The notes below the pieces were generated by a model. It was not told the DNA's origin and did no database searches. It worked only from the letters and a program-made list of their open reading frames with translations. Below, one piece after another: positions 10,102 to 19,795 of a DNA stretch of 64,000 nucleotides (position 1 is its first letter; the number at the start of each line of letters is the position of its first letter). Position numbers and translations under genes: made by a program. The stretch lies in IMG/VR virus record IMGVR_UViG_3300005683_000013, one strand, 5' to 3'. Source of the DNA: an uncultured virus (IMG/VR IMGVR_UViG_3300005683_000013) (taxonomy: Duplodnaviria; Heunggongvirae; Uroviricota; Caudoviricetes).

Positions 10102-10328
10102 GAACTTCCTTTACTATAAGTCGTTTTCCGTGAGGAAAACGTGTATTTACCACATCGACACTGATCATCAAAGCGGTTAGAGACTTGTGGAGCATCCTTA
10201 ACATTTTCTTATCTTATCAAGATTATGATTCAGTTTTGTGTGTCTAATCAATCATGGAAACGACTACGCTATCTTGATGAGAGACAGCTATCATTTCTCA
10301 AGTCTTTCCCTTAGGAGAAGTTATTGAT
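10102..10328 (-). ncRNA. omegaRNA of IsrB
   Basis: About 225-nt non-coding structured leader directly 5' of isrB; 5' ATCAAT pairs with internal ATTGAT. Confidence 0.7.
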
Positions 10329-10352
10329 AGATTCCTCTAACAATACTTATGG

Positions 10353-10781
10353 TCACGTAATATCACGAACCACAAAACAACAATCATCAAGAACATAATT
10401 GAATTCTGTGATTGACATTTCAAGTGCTAATCCAAAAACAAATTGATTGTCTGTGACCTGTAATGACGCTCTTTCAAAGACAGGATTGTTTGGTGTCGCT
10501 GGTGACAGTCTGTCTCGAGTACTAAAGAGATTCAACGCCACCAACGCATCTCTTTTTTTGACATTATCAAGTCTCAACTCTTTAACACAACCTCTGACAC
10601 ATGTCAATGCACTCAAGTTTCCAGTGACCTTGAGGGTGCGATCAGAAAATTTGATAAATAGCGTTGCAGTGTTATCCAATTCATCGTCATAAGAATTATC
10701 GAGGGCACCCTCAAGCTCTTTGCTGACCATTTCAATCGGAGGAGTGTTAGTAAGAAAGTTTTGGCTCATGCTCAGGAACAT
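10353..10781 (-). CDS. Hypothetical protein
   Basis: 142-aa ORF. Confidence 0.55.
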   Translation of the reverse strand: MFLSMSQNFLTNTPPIEMVSKELEGALDNSYDDELDNTATLFIKFSDRTLKVTGNLSALTCVRGCVKELRLDNVKKRDALVALNLFSTRDRLSPATPNNPVFERASLQVTDNQFVFGLALEMSITEFNYVLDDCCFVVRDIT

Positions 10782-11133
10782 ACATCACATCTTTGTAGAG
10801 TATATCAACAAATTTTGCGTATTCTTTATCGAGCTCAGTTATTGCCTCTATGTTCTTTGTGTATATGCATACCTCGACATATTCGTTTGTGACAGCCAAA
10901 TCAGCAAAATGATTTTTTTCTCCTTCGTATTGCAACAATTGAGTCATAAAATGATTACGTTGTGAGATTGTTTCAAACGAATAACGTTTTCTTAGCTTTC
11001 GTTTATCTTCAAGTTGCCAACGATTTAGTGGCATGATCGGCAATTCTCTAACAGAAACGTTAACTGGAGCGTTTGAATTTGGCTTTGTCAAGTAACCCTC
11101 CATCAATTTTCCTAATGTTTTTTGTGTTTTCAT
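10747..11133 (-). CDS. Pterin-4a-carbinolamine dehydratase-like protein
   Basis: W...LRKRYSF...NHFADL...YTKNIEAITELDKEYA; start probably MKTQK. Confidence 0.75.
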   Translation of the reverse strand: MKTQKTLGKLMEGYLTKPNSNAPVNVSVRELPIMPLNRWQLEDKRKLRKRYSFETISQRNHFMTQLLQYEGEKNHFADLAVTNEYVEVCIYTKNIEAITELDKEYAKFVDILYKDVMYVPEHEPKLSY

Positions 11134-11189
11134 GTTGTTTAAACGATCGTGGCGGATTGCTCCGCCACGAAGTAACAATTATGTGTTAA

Positions 11190-12251
11190 TCACTCGTCGT
11201 CGCCGGCACCGGGATAGAATTCTTTCCCGTCTGCTTTCATGGCGTTTCTAATGTACTTATGAAGGTGTTCGCGGAAACCGTCAAGATTTGCAACAATTTC
11301 TGGGTGTTGCTTCATCAAACCGACTTCTTCTTTCGACAACTCGCCGCTCTTACTAAGATATTTGATGTAATCCTCAACAGCGGTCGCAATTATCTCGCCA
11401 CGATCTTTTTCATCTAGATCATGAAGATACTCAACCTTTGCAAGTGCGACGACTTCAAGACGTTTTGCGCCAGCGACTGAAATACCCAACTTTTTGGCGA
11501 TTTCCTCAAATGACTCACCGTCATTTTGAAGATTATAACCGACGCCCTTTTTCTGACGATTCGGCTTCTTTTTGCCAGCTTTTGGATCCATCAGATCATC
11601 ATCGTCTTCGTCATCAGTCTCTGGATCCCAATCTGATGCTTCAAGATCGTCTGAGTCATTTTCATAAGGAACAGAATCAGACCCGTCATCAAGTGTTGAA
11701 TCGTAAGGAACTTCAAGATCGTCGCCATCATCAGCAAGATCTTCGTCATCAGGTTCTGATAACGCTGGATCACCAGAAAAAACATCGTAGTCATCAGAAT
11801 GAGTCGTACCGGGCTCATCAAGATCTTCATCTTTTTTATCAAGAGCCTCTTTCAAGATAGATCTGATGACTTTACGTAGGTTTTCTACGGTAATTTTTTG
11901 TTTACGTGATTTCATTTCTTTTGTCTCTCCAAGGTTATCATTTTCTAAATCGTCAACAGTGTCTTTTATGATGTCTTTGAGCTGTAAGTATAAATGAGGA
12001 ATGACCTCAGGTGGTAACTCTTTTACAAGGTTTTTGATCGCAATCTGAAATTCAATTCCATCTCTCGGAACGAAATTATCGTCACTTTTACAGACGTCTA
12101 TGCATGCGATTCCAGTGTCTAGGACTGGATTTACTTGCACCGGAAAGTTTTCCGTCTCGCCAAATGGATCAAGAACGATCTTAAAATCATCATTATTCTC
12201 AAACGCTTCACGAACTAAATTTCGAACTGCGTTTTTGTTTATTACATTCAT
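11190..12251 (-). CDS. Acidic protein with sigma70-region-4-like HTH
   Basis: Long Asp-rich tract followed by SFEEIAKKLGISVAGAKRLEVVALAK. Confidence 0.55.
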   Translation of the reverse strand: MNVINKNAVRNLVREAFENNDDFKIVLDPFGETENFPVQVNPVLDTGIACIDVCKSDDNFVPRDGIEFQIAIKNLVKELPPEVIPHLYLQLKDIIKDTVDDLENDNLGETKEMKSRKQKITVENLRKVIRSILKEALDKKDEDLDEPGTTHSDDYDVFSGDPALSEPDDEDLADDGDDLEVPYDSTLDDGSDSVPYENDSDDLEASDWDPETDDEDDDDLMDPKAGKKKPNRQKKGVGYNLQNDGESFEEIAKKLGISVAGAKRLEVVALAKVEYLHDLDEKDRGEIIATAVEDYIKYLSKSGELSKEEVGLMKQHPEIVANLDGFREHLHKYIRNAMKADGKEFYPGAGDDE

Positions 12252-12556
12252 TTATCATCACTCAATCGTGGGTTAGTTCCTGGTAACGCATCTCGAGCTG
12301 AAGTTATCCCAGTCTTTGCGTCAGTCCATTTTCTACCAAAATACAACGTCAGGATTGGAACGAAGTATGCGCCCGCAGCTCCTACATCAAAAGGTCTAAA
12401 TTTGACGCTTCCTATACTCTCAACTGAAGAAAGAATGACGAGTAAAGTCGTCACCCAGAATGAAACTGTAGCAAACGTAACAGTAACAGAAGGATATCCT
12501 GAACTGTCTTTGATCCAAATCCACGATGCTTGTGGTGTATCATTTGCTTCTGCCAT
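12248..12556 (-). CDS. Holin-like two-TM membrane protein
   Basis: Two hydrophobic segments and a charged C-terminal tail. Confidence 0.5.
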   Translation of the reverse strand: MAEANDTPQASWIWIKDSSGYPSVTVTFATVSFWVTTLLVILSSVESIGSVKFRPFDVGAAGAYFVPILTLYFGRKWTDAKTGITSARDALPGTNPRLSDDK

Positions 12557-12592
12557 AAAACCTCTTTACAGTAATTATTCGTCTTTTTGTGT

Positions 12593-13051
12593 TTACTTGG
12601 CAGCACCGATGACTAAAATCGTCAAAACTGTTACAACAACGCCAGATGCGACTCCTATACCACACCATAACGCAGGATCAGAACGATTTTTTTCTAAATC
12701 ATTCACTTTTTGCAACAACACATCAACTTGTTTTTCACGACTTTTGGTGATTGCATCAGCAACAGTTTTTGTGTATTCTAACTCTGTCTTTAAATCATCG
12801 ATCGTTTTTTTAGCTTTTGCTTTTTCAATCTCAACAGCTTTTGTTGTTTCAATCTCCACCTGTGTTTTGATGTTGTTGTAATCAACAATAATTTTTGCGG
12901 CCGCGGGTGGGTTCAACAGAAGACCAGAAAATGGAGCTTTTTGTGATTGACGTAACGGAGCAACGAGAGGCTCTGACACATCGTCAGCAATAGCGACGGT
13001 TGATGTCAACATAAACGATAATAACAATCCAGATAATAAAAATCGTTTCAT
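12593..13051 (-). CDS. Signal peptide + coiled coil + C-terminal TM protein (spanin-like)
   Basis: MKRFLLSGLLL...AIA signal, coiled coil, C-terminal GIGVASGVVVTVLTILVIG. Confidence 0.5.
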   Translation of the reverse strand: MKRFLLSGLLLSFMLTSTVAIADDVSEPLVAPLRQSQKAPFSGLLLNPPAAAKIIVDYNNIKTQVEIETTKAVEIEKAKAKKTIDDLKTELEYTKTVADAITKSREKQVDVLLQKVNDLEKNRSDPALWCGIGVASGVVVTVLTILVIGAAK

Positions 13052-13452
13052 TGCGAATCAACCATCACAATTCTAAATCCCGTTGCTAACGAAAAATGTT
13101 TAGCAAGTTTGTCAGGATCGTCTTTTGACGTATCCAAGATAATCTTAATTTCTGACGTCTTTTTTTGTTCTAGTTGTTGTTTAGCAAGAACATACTCTGA
13201 TTCAATCTGATTGAGACGACTTTCTAGACGTTTTAGACTTTCAACGTTTGCTTGTTCGCGTTTTTCAGCAGCAAGCTTCATTGAAGAAATTTCATCATTA
13301 TGAGATTTCTGTATTTTCTGAAACATGTCACTGATGTTTGAATCGTATCTACTAAATAACATTTTCAACACAATGACAATAGCGATAATTGCAAAAACAT
13401 ACCAATACTGTCTAAAAAATGAAATAAGTTTAACAACTATCGTTGACATCAA
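13048..13452 (-). CDS. N-terminal TM + coiled-coil protein (i-spanin-like)
   Basis: WYVFAIIAIVIVL followed by heptad-rich region. Confidence 0.5.
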   Translation of the reverse strand: MMSTIVVKLISFFRQYWYVFAIIAIVIVLKMLFSRYDSNISDMFQKIQKSHNDEISSMKLAAEKREQANVESLKRLESRLNQIESEYVLAKQQLEQKKTSEIKIILDTSKDDPDKLAKHFSLATGFRIVMVDSQ

Positions 13453-13715
13453 TTCATCTGCTTCTTTTTTGCGTCACTAACAGTTACTGGAGTTGCGTTT
13501 TCAATTTCATCAGCTGTGTAATTTTCTGGAATGTATTGACTATCATAAAGTTCATAAAGCTCAATGATACATTCATTGTTTGCTTGACATATTTTGCTAA
13601 GCATAACGTGTGACTTTGACATCTCTTCAACTGCTTTAGTTAAACGTTTTACGTCTGATAGTAAGTTACAAACATTTGTACATGTTTCAAGCACGTTTTT
13701 TGCAAATTTAATCAT
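13449..13715 (-). CDS. Hypothetical protein
   Basis: 88-aa ORF with overlapping start/stop. Confidence 0.55.
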   Translation of the reverse strand: MIKFAKNVLETCTNVCNLLSDVKRLTKAVEEMSKSHVMLSKICQANNECIIELYELYDSQYIPENYTADEIENATPVTVSDAKKKQMN

Positions 13716-14032
13716 GTATCGTCCTCTAGTTCCGATTCGTCAAGTTTATTGTCTTTTTGAGCATCAAGAAGACTATAAATTGCATTTTGATCATGCACAG
13801 AAAACTGTGCTTTCTTTTGCAATTCGTTTATTTGACTCTTGAGTTTTCTTGTGAACAACTTATCAACAACTGTAACACAAAACGTATTGTCGTTTACAAG
13901 TAGAGAGGCGAATTCATTTAAAATTTCTGACAAAGACAATCTTTTTGTAAAGCATATGACTTTCATCCTGTCATAAACTTCTGTCTCTAGCGAGACATGA
14001 ATGTCTTTACGTGCTTGAATCACTGGATTCAT
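13712..14032 (-). CDS. Ribbon-helix-helix-like protein
   Basis: RKDIHVSLETEVYDRMKVICFTKRLSLSEILNEF. Confidence 0.5.
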   Translation of the reverse strand: MNPVIQARKDIHVSLETEVYDRMKVICFTKRLSLSEILNEFASLLVNDNTFCVTVVDKLFTRKLKSQINELQKKAQFSVHDQNAIYSLLDAQKDNKLDESELEDDT

Positions 14033-14035
14033 TTA

Positions 14036-14527
14036 CTACTCCTGTCCTGTCGGACCTGCACCCTTTGCCACAGGAGTTTTATCTCCTTCACCGTCGTCCA
14101 TGCTAGGATTGTCAGTAACTTCTAATCCAAAGTTACCTGCTAACACCTGCTGGACAGTTTTTGCTTGTTTTGGGTCGTAATTCTTTGTAACGTAATTTAT
14201 TGCTCGACGAACAATTGTTCCCTTGACGTCAATGACGTTTTCAAACTTTTCTGCAAGTCTCGCAATAGCGTCGGCGAACGATACTGCGTCAATTTGTTTT
14301 GTTGATGTTTCAACAGATGGAGCGTCGTCTGCTTCTTCACGTAAGAAACTTTCAAATTGATTTTCATCTTCTTTTTGCTTGTCACCTTGCAAAAAAATAC
14401 GATCAACTTGTGCATCAAACGAATCATTTTGTAGTTGATTCGGATCGCTTGCTTGTAGCGGGGCTGTTGCGTCTTCTTTGATTATCTTTTTAAAGACAAT
14501 AAGATCTCTTAATTTTTTGTGTTTCAC
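14036..14527 (-). CDS. Hypothetical protein with shared leader
   Basis: MKHKKLRDLIVFKKIIKED. Confidence 0.6.
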   Translation of the reverse strand: MKHKKLRDLIVFKKIIKEDATAPLQASDPNQLQNDSFDAQVDRIFLQGDKQKEDENQFESFLREEADDAPSVETSTKQIDAVSFADAIARLAEKFENVIDVKGTIVRRAINYVTKNYDPKQAKTVQQVLAGNFGLEVTDNPSMDDGEGDKTPVAKGAGPTGQE

Positions 14528-15225
14528 TTGAGGGCCTCGCCAACTTTGTCCATTTTCTTGAACCGCTCTTCAATCACGTTCCAGTTTAACTCGCGCATCA
14601 TAGCCACGATGTAACTTTTACGATCTTGCAGATAATCATGAAAATATGCATGTTCAGCAACGTCAATTACAATAACTGGAAGCGTTGCTAACATCAACAC
14701 ATCACTATAATCGTCAACAAACGTGTTTACAAACTTACGTAAGAAGACATTATATCCGCAAATTGCAAATCCATCACGTGAAGACATACAACATGACATA
14801 AAATCAGTTTGCCAAGCTGCGAAAGTTCCAAAGTCTCTCTCCAATCGCATATACGCAAGAGAGTCCATGAAAATCTCAGAATGAGGATCGTAGCAATTAG
14901 CAAAATACAATTCATGTAAATAAACTGCATTTAAGTTATGGACTTCATCTTGTTTCAAACTACGATAGTCTGAACCGTCTTCATTTGTTTCTCTACTTAC
15001 AGAATCAATTTTAATGCTAATTTCATTGATTTTTGTTACGTGTGCCTGATACATCGCAAGATGAGCTTGCTTGGCTTTGTCAGATAACAATTCTGTAGCA
15101 GTTGCATAAGGTTTTGGTTGAGCAACATAAGCTTCGTTTTGCTGCGCTTTATCTTCAAATAACAAACCTCCGGCATCTGCTAAAGATTTCAAAACAATCT
15201 TATTTAGATCTTTTTCGTTAATCAT
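14524..15225 (-). CDS. Fe/Mn superoxide dismutase-like protein
   Basis: QAH, LHELYF, DFGTF and DVAEHAY metal-ligand motifs. Confidence 0.8.
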   Translation of the reverse strand: MINEKDLNKIVLKSLADAGGLLFEDKAQQNEAYVAQPKPYATATELLSDKAKQAHLAMYQAHVTKINEISIKIDSVSRETNEDGSDYRSLKQDEVHNLNAVYLHELYFANCYDPHSEIFMDSLAYMRLERDFGTFAAWQTDFMSCCMSSRDGFAICGYNVFLRKFVNTFVDDYSDVLMLATLPVIVIDVAEHAYFHDYLQDRKSYIVAMMRELNWNVIEERFKKMDKVGEALK

Positions 15226-15485
15226 CAGTTTAACTCAAATTCTGATTCTATCTTGTCTGAAGGAATTGTTTTTTGTGCGCCGACAGGATCTTTTATCACA
15301 ACCGTAGACGGTCCAACAGAATCAACTGTATATAATGTTCCAGACGTTTTATGTCTAATTTTCAGACCTGAACTAATGACAGGAGTCTTTAAAACAGTAG
15401 TCTGTTCTTCTTTTAGAATTGCCATCTTTTTTGACCATTCTTCACGGATGATGGTCACAACGTCATCTTCAGTTAAATTCTTCAT
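15225..15485 (-). CDS. Small SH3-like protein with shared leader
   Basis: MKNLTEDDVVTIIREE; GLKIRHKTSGTLYTV; ATATTTA upstream. Confidence 0.55.
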   Translation of the reverse strand: MKNLTEDDVVTIIREEWSKKMAILKEEQTTVLKTPVISSGLKIRHKTSGTLYTVDSVGPSTVVIKDPVGAQKTIPSDKIESEFELN

Positions 15486-15490
15486 ATGTT

Positions 15491-16585
15491 TTAAATATCA
15501 AATCTTGAAGAGCTCTTCGTAAAACCATGAATAATATCAAAATTATTACGTTGAGCCTTGTCAACAAAATGTGTCCATTTAATGACTTTGATGTTTTTTG
15601 ATTCTAGCAACTCGATGCCAGCATTGCTACGATACGTATTTAGATAATACACCGTACTGACACCTCTATTGATAAGAACTGCTGCACATGCTTTACAAGG
15701 TGCTGTCGTGACAAACAAAATTGAATTTTTCAACGATTCGTTTGACTTCACCATTGCGTTGATTTCAGCATGGGTGCAACCACATTGTCCTGGTAACAAT
15801 GATTCACATTGATTCTTGTCACCAGAAATTCCACCGTTGTAACCAAAACACAAAACTCGTGTAAAATCCGTGTCCACAAAAACCGCTCCAACCTGTTTTC
15901 TAACACAAGTTGATCGATTCCGCATCTCACTAGCCATTGACATAAAAATATGTTGAAACGTCGGTCTTTTCCAGGTACCGTAATCGTTCACATAAAGTGA
16001 CATTGCAGGCTCTATTGGAATGTGACACCTATCATTCAATACTCTGAATGAAATATTTTCTAACTGCAGCTTGGCAGTCACCGTGTCAATTTTTAGCTTG
16101 GAGTCTTCGTCACTGTACCCATATATGTCTTCTGACACAACAGAACCATCATGATAATGAATGTCAAAATCAGGTGTGTATATTTTTGTAACACCTGATT
16201 TATCAACGTACATAATTTTACGTTCTGAACGACACCAAAACCTTATTGATTTATCACGTTGCAACACATTCATTCTATCAAATTCGTGTTGATTGATGTA
16301 AGGTTCGTTTGGCAAGTGCCATGCAGGATCTGAACTCTTGTCAAAAATTTTGACATACGACTCTGATGTGTCACTTGAAGTCCTGTTAACATAACAACTC
16401 CAACTGCACCATTTACTTTGAAATGACGAAGTTGTCTCTGATTCTTTATGACAAGTCTCACATTGAAACGTTATCACTTCATTATTGTGAAATTCAATAT
16501 AATGATCCTCACAACAAGGATTTGCAACACGAGAATGTGATTGATATGTTTCTCTTTTACAAACTGCACATTGTGTTCTTTTCAT
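15491..16585 (-). CDS. dCMP deaminase fused to N-terminal Zn-finger/TnsA-like endonuclease remnant
   Basis: C-terminal RSTC, VGA, HAEINA, PCKAC; N-terminal CxxC motifs and YTPDF. Confidence 0.85.
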   Translation of the reverse strand: MKRTQCAVCKRETYQSHSRVANPCCEDHYIEFHNNEVITFQCETCHKESETTSSFQSKWCSWSCYVNRTSSDTSESYVKIFDKSSDPAWHLPNEPYINQHEFDRMNVLQRDKSIRFWCRSERKIMYVDKSGVTKIYTPDFDIHYHDGSVVSEDIYGYSDEDSKLKIDTVTAKLQLENISFRVLNDRCHIPIEPAMSLYVNDYGTWKRPTFQHIFMSMASEMRNRSTCVRKQVGAVFVDTDFTRVLCFGYNGGISGDKNQCESLLPGQCGCTHAEINAMVKSNESLKNSILFVTTAPCKACAAVLINRGVSTVYYLNTYRSNAGIELLESKNIKVIKWTHFVDKAQRNNFDIIHGFTKSSSRFDI

Positions 16586-17166
16586 CTGTCAACTCCATTG
16601 ATCAAAGGGTGATGAAGATAACACCTAGCTTCATATAGATCTGATCCACCGATGAGTATTTCATCAGTCTCCGAAGACCGTCTCCATGAATAAAATGCAT
16701 CTCTTTGACACACAGTGCATACTGCAGAACATTTTTCAACCTTTGTTGCATAAGGTAGAATCTTAGTAACTTCGTTGAATGGCGTGCAATTTGAAGAGAG
16801 CTCAAGCGTCGACGCTATGATCGTTATGCCGTTTTTATACAACCAGATCAATTCGTCTGCAACTCCAGGAATCATAAAAAGTTCATCGACTGCAATTACT
16901 GTGTTGTCGACCTTACTGTCAAGGTCAAACTTTGATAAGACCTCTGACAATAATTCTTTACCGTTTGAAATACACGTTGCTGGAAGCTTCCAACCCATAT
17001 GGGTGACAATTTCATCAACAGAATATCTTTCATCAATCTTTGGTTTGAACGCAAAGACGTGTTGTTTCTGAAACTTATAACGTTCAACTGTCATCAATAA
17101 TTTTGATGTCTTTCCAGACATCATCGGCCCTGCAAAAATAACGAACTCAGGATTTTTTGTCAACAT
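16582..17166 (-). CDS. tdk: Thymidine kinase
   Basis: GPMMSGKT, AVDE, CTVC, IGGSDLYEARC. Confidence 0.9.
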   Translation of the reverse strand: MLTKNPEFVIFAGPMMSGKTSKLLMTVERYKFQKQHVFAFKPKIDERYSVDEIVTHMGWKLPATCISNGKELLSEVLSKFDLDSKVDNTVIAVDELFMIPGVADELIWLYKNGITIIASTLELSSNCTPFNEVTKILPYATKVEKCSAVCTVCQRDAFYSWRRSSETDEILIGGSDLYEARCYLHHPLINGVDR

Positions 17167-17170
17167 GATT

Positions 17171-18196
17171 TCATTTTACACCAAAAATATGAGGTGTTCC
17201 TTCAATAAATCCTGAGTGTGTTTGTTCACACCATTGTGCATGTGAATAGATTTCATTGATTGTTCTAGCGTTACAATATGACATCCCACTTTTGATACCC
17301 ATCTTGAGTTCATTCAAGATGACTTCAACTTTTCCTTTATATGGAACGACAGATGAAACACCTTCTTCAGCAGAACACGTTGACATCTTATGTTCTAAAC
17401 GTGCCTCAGTTGAAGCCATCCCACGAAATTTCTTGTATTTTCCACTTGATGACGTTTCAACGTGGCCTGGTGTCTCTTTTGTGCCAGCAAACAATGAACC
17501 GATCATTACAGCATTAGCCCCTGCAGTCAATGCTTTGACAATGTCTCCACTGGAACGAATCCCGCCATCTGCAACAATGGCAACGTCTTTTTTTGATTCA
17601 TCAACAGCTAGAAAACAATCAATAATACTTGTAAACATTGGAACGCCATGTCCAGTAACAACTCGAGTCTTGCAACAAGAACCCGGACCTATTCCGACCT
17701 TTAGAATATGAACGCCCCAAGAAATCAAATCTTTCGCTGCTTCATAAGTTGAAATGTTTCCTGCCATAACTGTGATGTTACTCCAATTCTTATGGATTTT
17801 CTCAACAGTCTCTTTCACAAGAACTGAATGGCCATGAGCAACATCAACAACAAAGTTTCTTGCTCCGACATCATACAACGCCGCAAACCGTTCAATCCAT
17901 TCAGGATGTTTGACACCAATTGAAACCCAACAATCACAACCATTTTCAACAACATTGGAATATTGTTTGACATTTTGTTCAATTGACATAAACCTATGAA
18001 GCGCGCCAACTGCGCCGAGTTTATACAATGAAACTGCCATGACATCTTCCGTTATCGTATCCATGTTCGCAGAAATAATGGGAACTTTCAAATTAAACTT
18101 CCCAAGTTTAATTGAAGTGTCTGCTTCATCACGTGATCTAATCGATGAAAATTGTGGGACTAGAGTGATGTCATCATATGATAACGCTTTTTTCAT
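17171..18196 (-). CDS. guaB: IMP dehydrogenase/GMP reductase family protein (no CBS domains)
   Basis: [34 protein letters not shown]; GuaC not excluded. Confidence 0.85.
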   Translation of the reverse strand: MKKALSYDDITLVPQFSSIRSRDEADTSIKLGKFNLKVPIISANMDTITEDVMAVSLYKLGAVGALHRFMSIEQNVKQYSNVVENGCDCWVSIGVKHPEWIERFAALYDVGARNFVVDVAHGHSVLVKETVEKIHKNWSNITVMAGNISTYEAAKDLISWGVHILKVGIGPGSCCKTRVVTGHGVPMFTSIIDCFLAVDESKKDVAIVADGGIRSSGDIVKALTAGANAVMIGSLFAGTKETPGHVETSSSGKYKKFRGMASTEARLEHKMSTCSAEEGVSSVVPYKGKVEVILNELKMGIKSGMSYCNARTINEIYSHAQWCEQTHSGFIEGTPHIFGVK

Positions 18197-19524
18197 TGGT
18201 TCTTCGGGGCAAAAACCCCGTCCTTGAAAGTTGGGAAGAGCCCAATCTCGTACCTGTACCCATCGCCACGCTGGACCATCCGGCAGTAACGATATGAAAT
18301 ACCTTGTATTAACCCGTGACTTGTTTGGATATTAAAACTTCCAGTCACCCGAATCGCTACACGTCCCGTGTGGGTTCCCACGTTCTTACCTTTCAGTACA
18401 ACTGCCTGAACCAAGTCGCCAGTTTGAAATCCGAACGCCGACTTCTTTCGCATTAGGTACCCACGTGGGAACCCACATAACGTAACCCTCGTCCTCTGGT
18501 AGACTCCCCGACCTGTAGAATAGATAGCAAGCGTTGGTTGTAACCAGTTTTTGATGCCTTTTAATATACCCACACATAAAGCGTCGAGTGCGTGAGTCTT
18601 CGGTATACTAAATCGGCTTCTATTCCACTTCGTTTGACCTCCACTAGCCGTTTCGACAGGTAGCTCTGTAGCCTTGAGTGTATCGTATAGAACACACCTT
18701 GTCGAGTTCACCGCCGCTGCGTCCCGCAATGGCGCCTTCGCACCAACAAGAACCCTCTTGAGCACCTCCGGCTTCTTCGCAAGAAATGTCTTGACAGACC
18801 TCGAACCCTTCTTCTGGTTACATGTGTGACACGATAACGTCAGGTTCGAGACACGATTTGAGCCACCCGAAGCCTTCGGTACAATGTGCTCAACTTGAAG
18901 TGGAACCCCTTCAACCCCACAGTAAGCACACTTCCGACCCCACTTCTCCAACAAATACTCCCGTACTTCGTACCCCTGAAGCTCCCCTTGTTGGTACTCA
19001 ATACCAGAGATTTCTGGATTGAGATGCTTCTGTAGGTCGAATCGAACCAACTCCATCGAGATTCGACTGACCGGAACCAGTCGTCGGAACCTATTGACCC
19101 AAGACAAGGTCGTCTCTACCCTATGTAGGAGACTGGGGGCCAACCAACCCTTAGGCTTCGTTCTGTTGGAAAATCTGTGGGCTCGGTAGCGAAGGTTTGC
19201 CGACCTTCGTCGACGTCTATAACCAGAGCGTTGCTCGAGTGACTTCTTGATGGATGCCCCTCGGTGATGCAATTCGGCGAGGAACATAGGGTGGGTCGTT
19301 TCGGTACCCACTTCACGGGTGAGGGCGATTCCAGTGACCTTTGACCCCGGGTCAAGCTTCACTGCGACGGGTTGAACTTCTCCGCCTACGCGTTCTTTGA
19401 GGCGAATCGTGAACGGAACCGTTCGGTGAATGACCGCTTTCTTCCGTTCTAGTAGAAGCCTTGCCCGTTTCTCAGTACAAGGCATCAGAGGTTTCTTGCG
19501 CTTATCTAGGACAAATACTGACAT
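18193..19524 (-). CDS. iscB: IscB RNA-guided endonuclease
   Basis: PLMP, LDPGS, RRRRR bridge helix, MELVRFD, HNH (CAYC..EHIVP..SNL..CHTCNQKK), HALDA. Confidence 0.95.
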   Translation of the reverse strand: MSVFVLDKRKKPLMPCTEKRARLLLERKKAVIHRTVPFTIRLKERVGGEVQPVAVKLDPGSKVTGIALTREVGTETTHPMFLAELHHRGASIKKSLEQRSGYRRRRRSANLRYRAHRFSNRTKPKGWLAPSLLHRVETTLSWVNRFRRLVPVSRISMELVRFDLQKHLNPEISGIEYQQGELQGYEVREYLLEKWGRKCAYCGVEGVPLQVEHIVPKASGGSNRVSNLTLSCHTCNQKKGSRSVKTFLAKKPEVLKRVLVGAKAPLRDAAAVNSTRCVLYDTLKATELPVETASGGQTKWNRSRFSIPKTHALDALCVGILKGIKNWLQPTLAIYSTGRGVYQRTRVTLCGFPRGYLMRKKSAFGFQTGDLVQAVVLKGKNVGTHTGRVAIRVTGSFNIQTSHGLIQGISYRYCRMVQRGDGYRYEIGLFPTFKDGVFAPKNQ

Positions 19525-19795
19525 ATCTTCCTTGCGGAGCCCTTACGGGCCTAGTAACGCGGCCCTTACGAGCCGTCTCCCCTCGGGAATGTTGTGATCC
19601 GGTGTTGGGACATCTTCCGTTTCGTGCCTAACTCTGGCTTGTCTGCAAAGATGTCTTCGAGAGGTCTGAACTGAGGAAGCATTCGGACGTCGGTCTGGAT
19701 CCCTAATCACAACGTAGCTTTCGCTATCCCTGGTAAACAGGTGCTTTGTGATGTCTCCCGCACAAAGCACCTCCCATAAAGGAGGAGTTGTTTAC
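18197..19795 (-). mobile_element. Non-autonomous OMEGA element (IscB + omegaRNA), GC-rich
   Basis: Sharp GC increase; left end GTAAACAACTCCTCCTTTATGGGAGG; right-end hairpin region TTCCCAACTTTCAAGGACGGGGTTT. Confidence 0.85.
19525..19795 (-). ncRNA. omegaRNA of IscB
   Basis: 270-nt hairpin-rich leader; GTAAAC/GTTTAC pairing, GTGCTTTGTG/CACAAAGCAC stem, CTACGTT and CGAGGGGAGA motifs. Confidence 0.85.

Larger units (their letters stand above)
9027..10328 (-). mobile_element. Non-autonomous IS200/IS605-superfamily OMEGA element (IsrB + omegaRNA)
   Basis: Left end ATCAATAACTTCTCCTAAGGGAAAGACTTG; right-end hairpin region CTCTTCCTGCAAAGACGGGGTTTTCGC; no tnpA. Confidence 0.75.

Noticed and set aside
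17171..18196. Split intein in guaB (or in dnaB, 58506-59909)
   Set aside because: Both are contiguous with no Hint motifs
19543..19770. 75-aa ORF upstream of iscB
   Set aside because: Coincides with the omegaRNA
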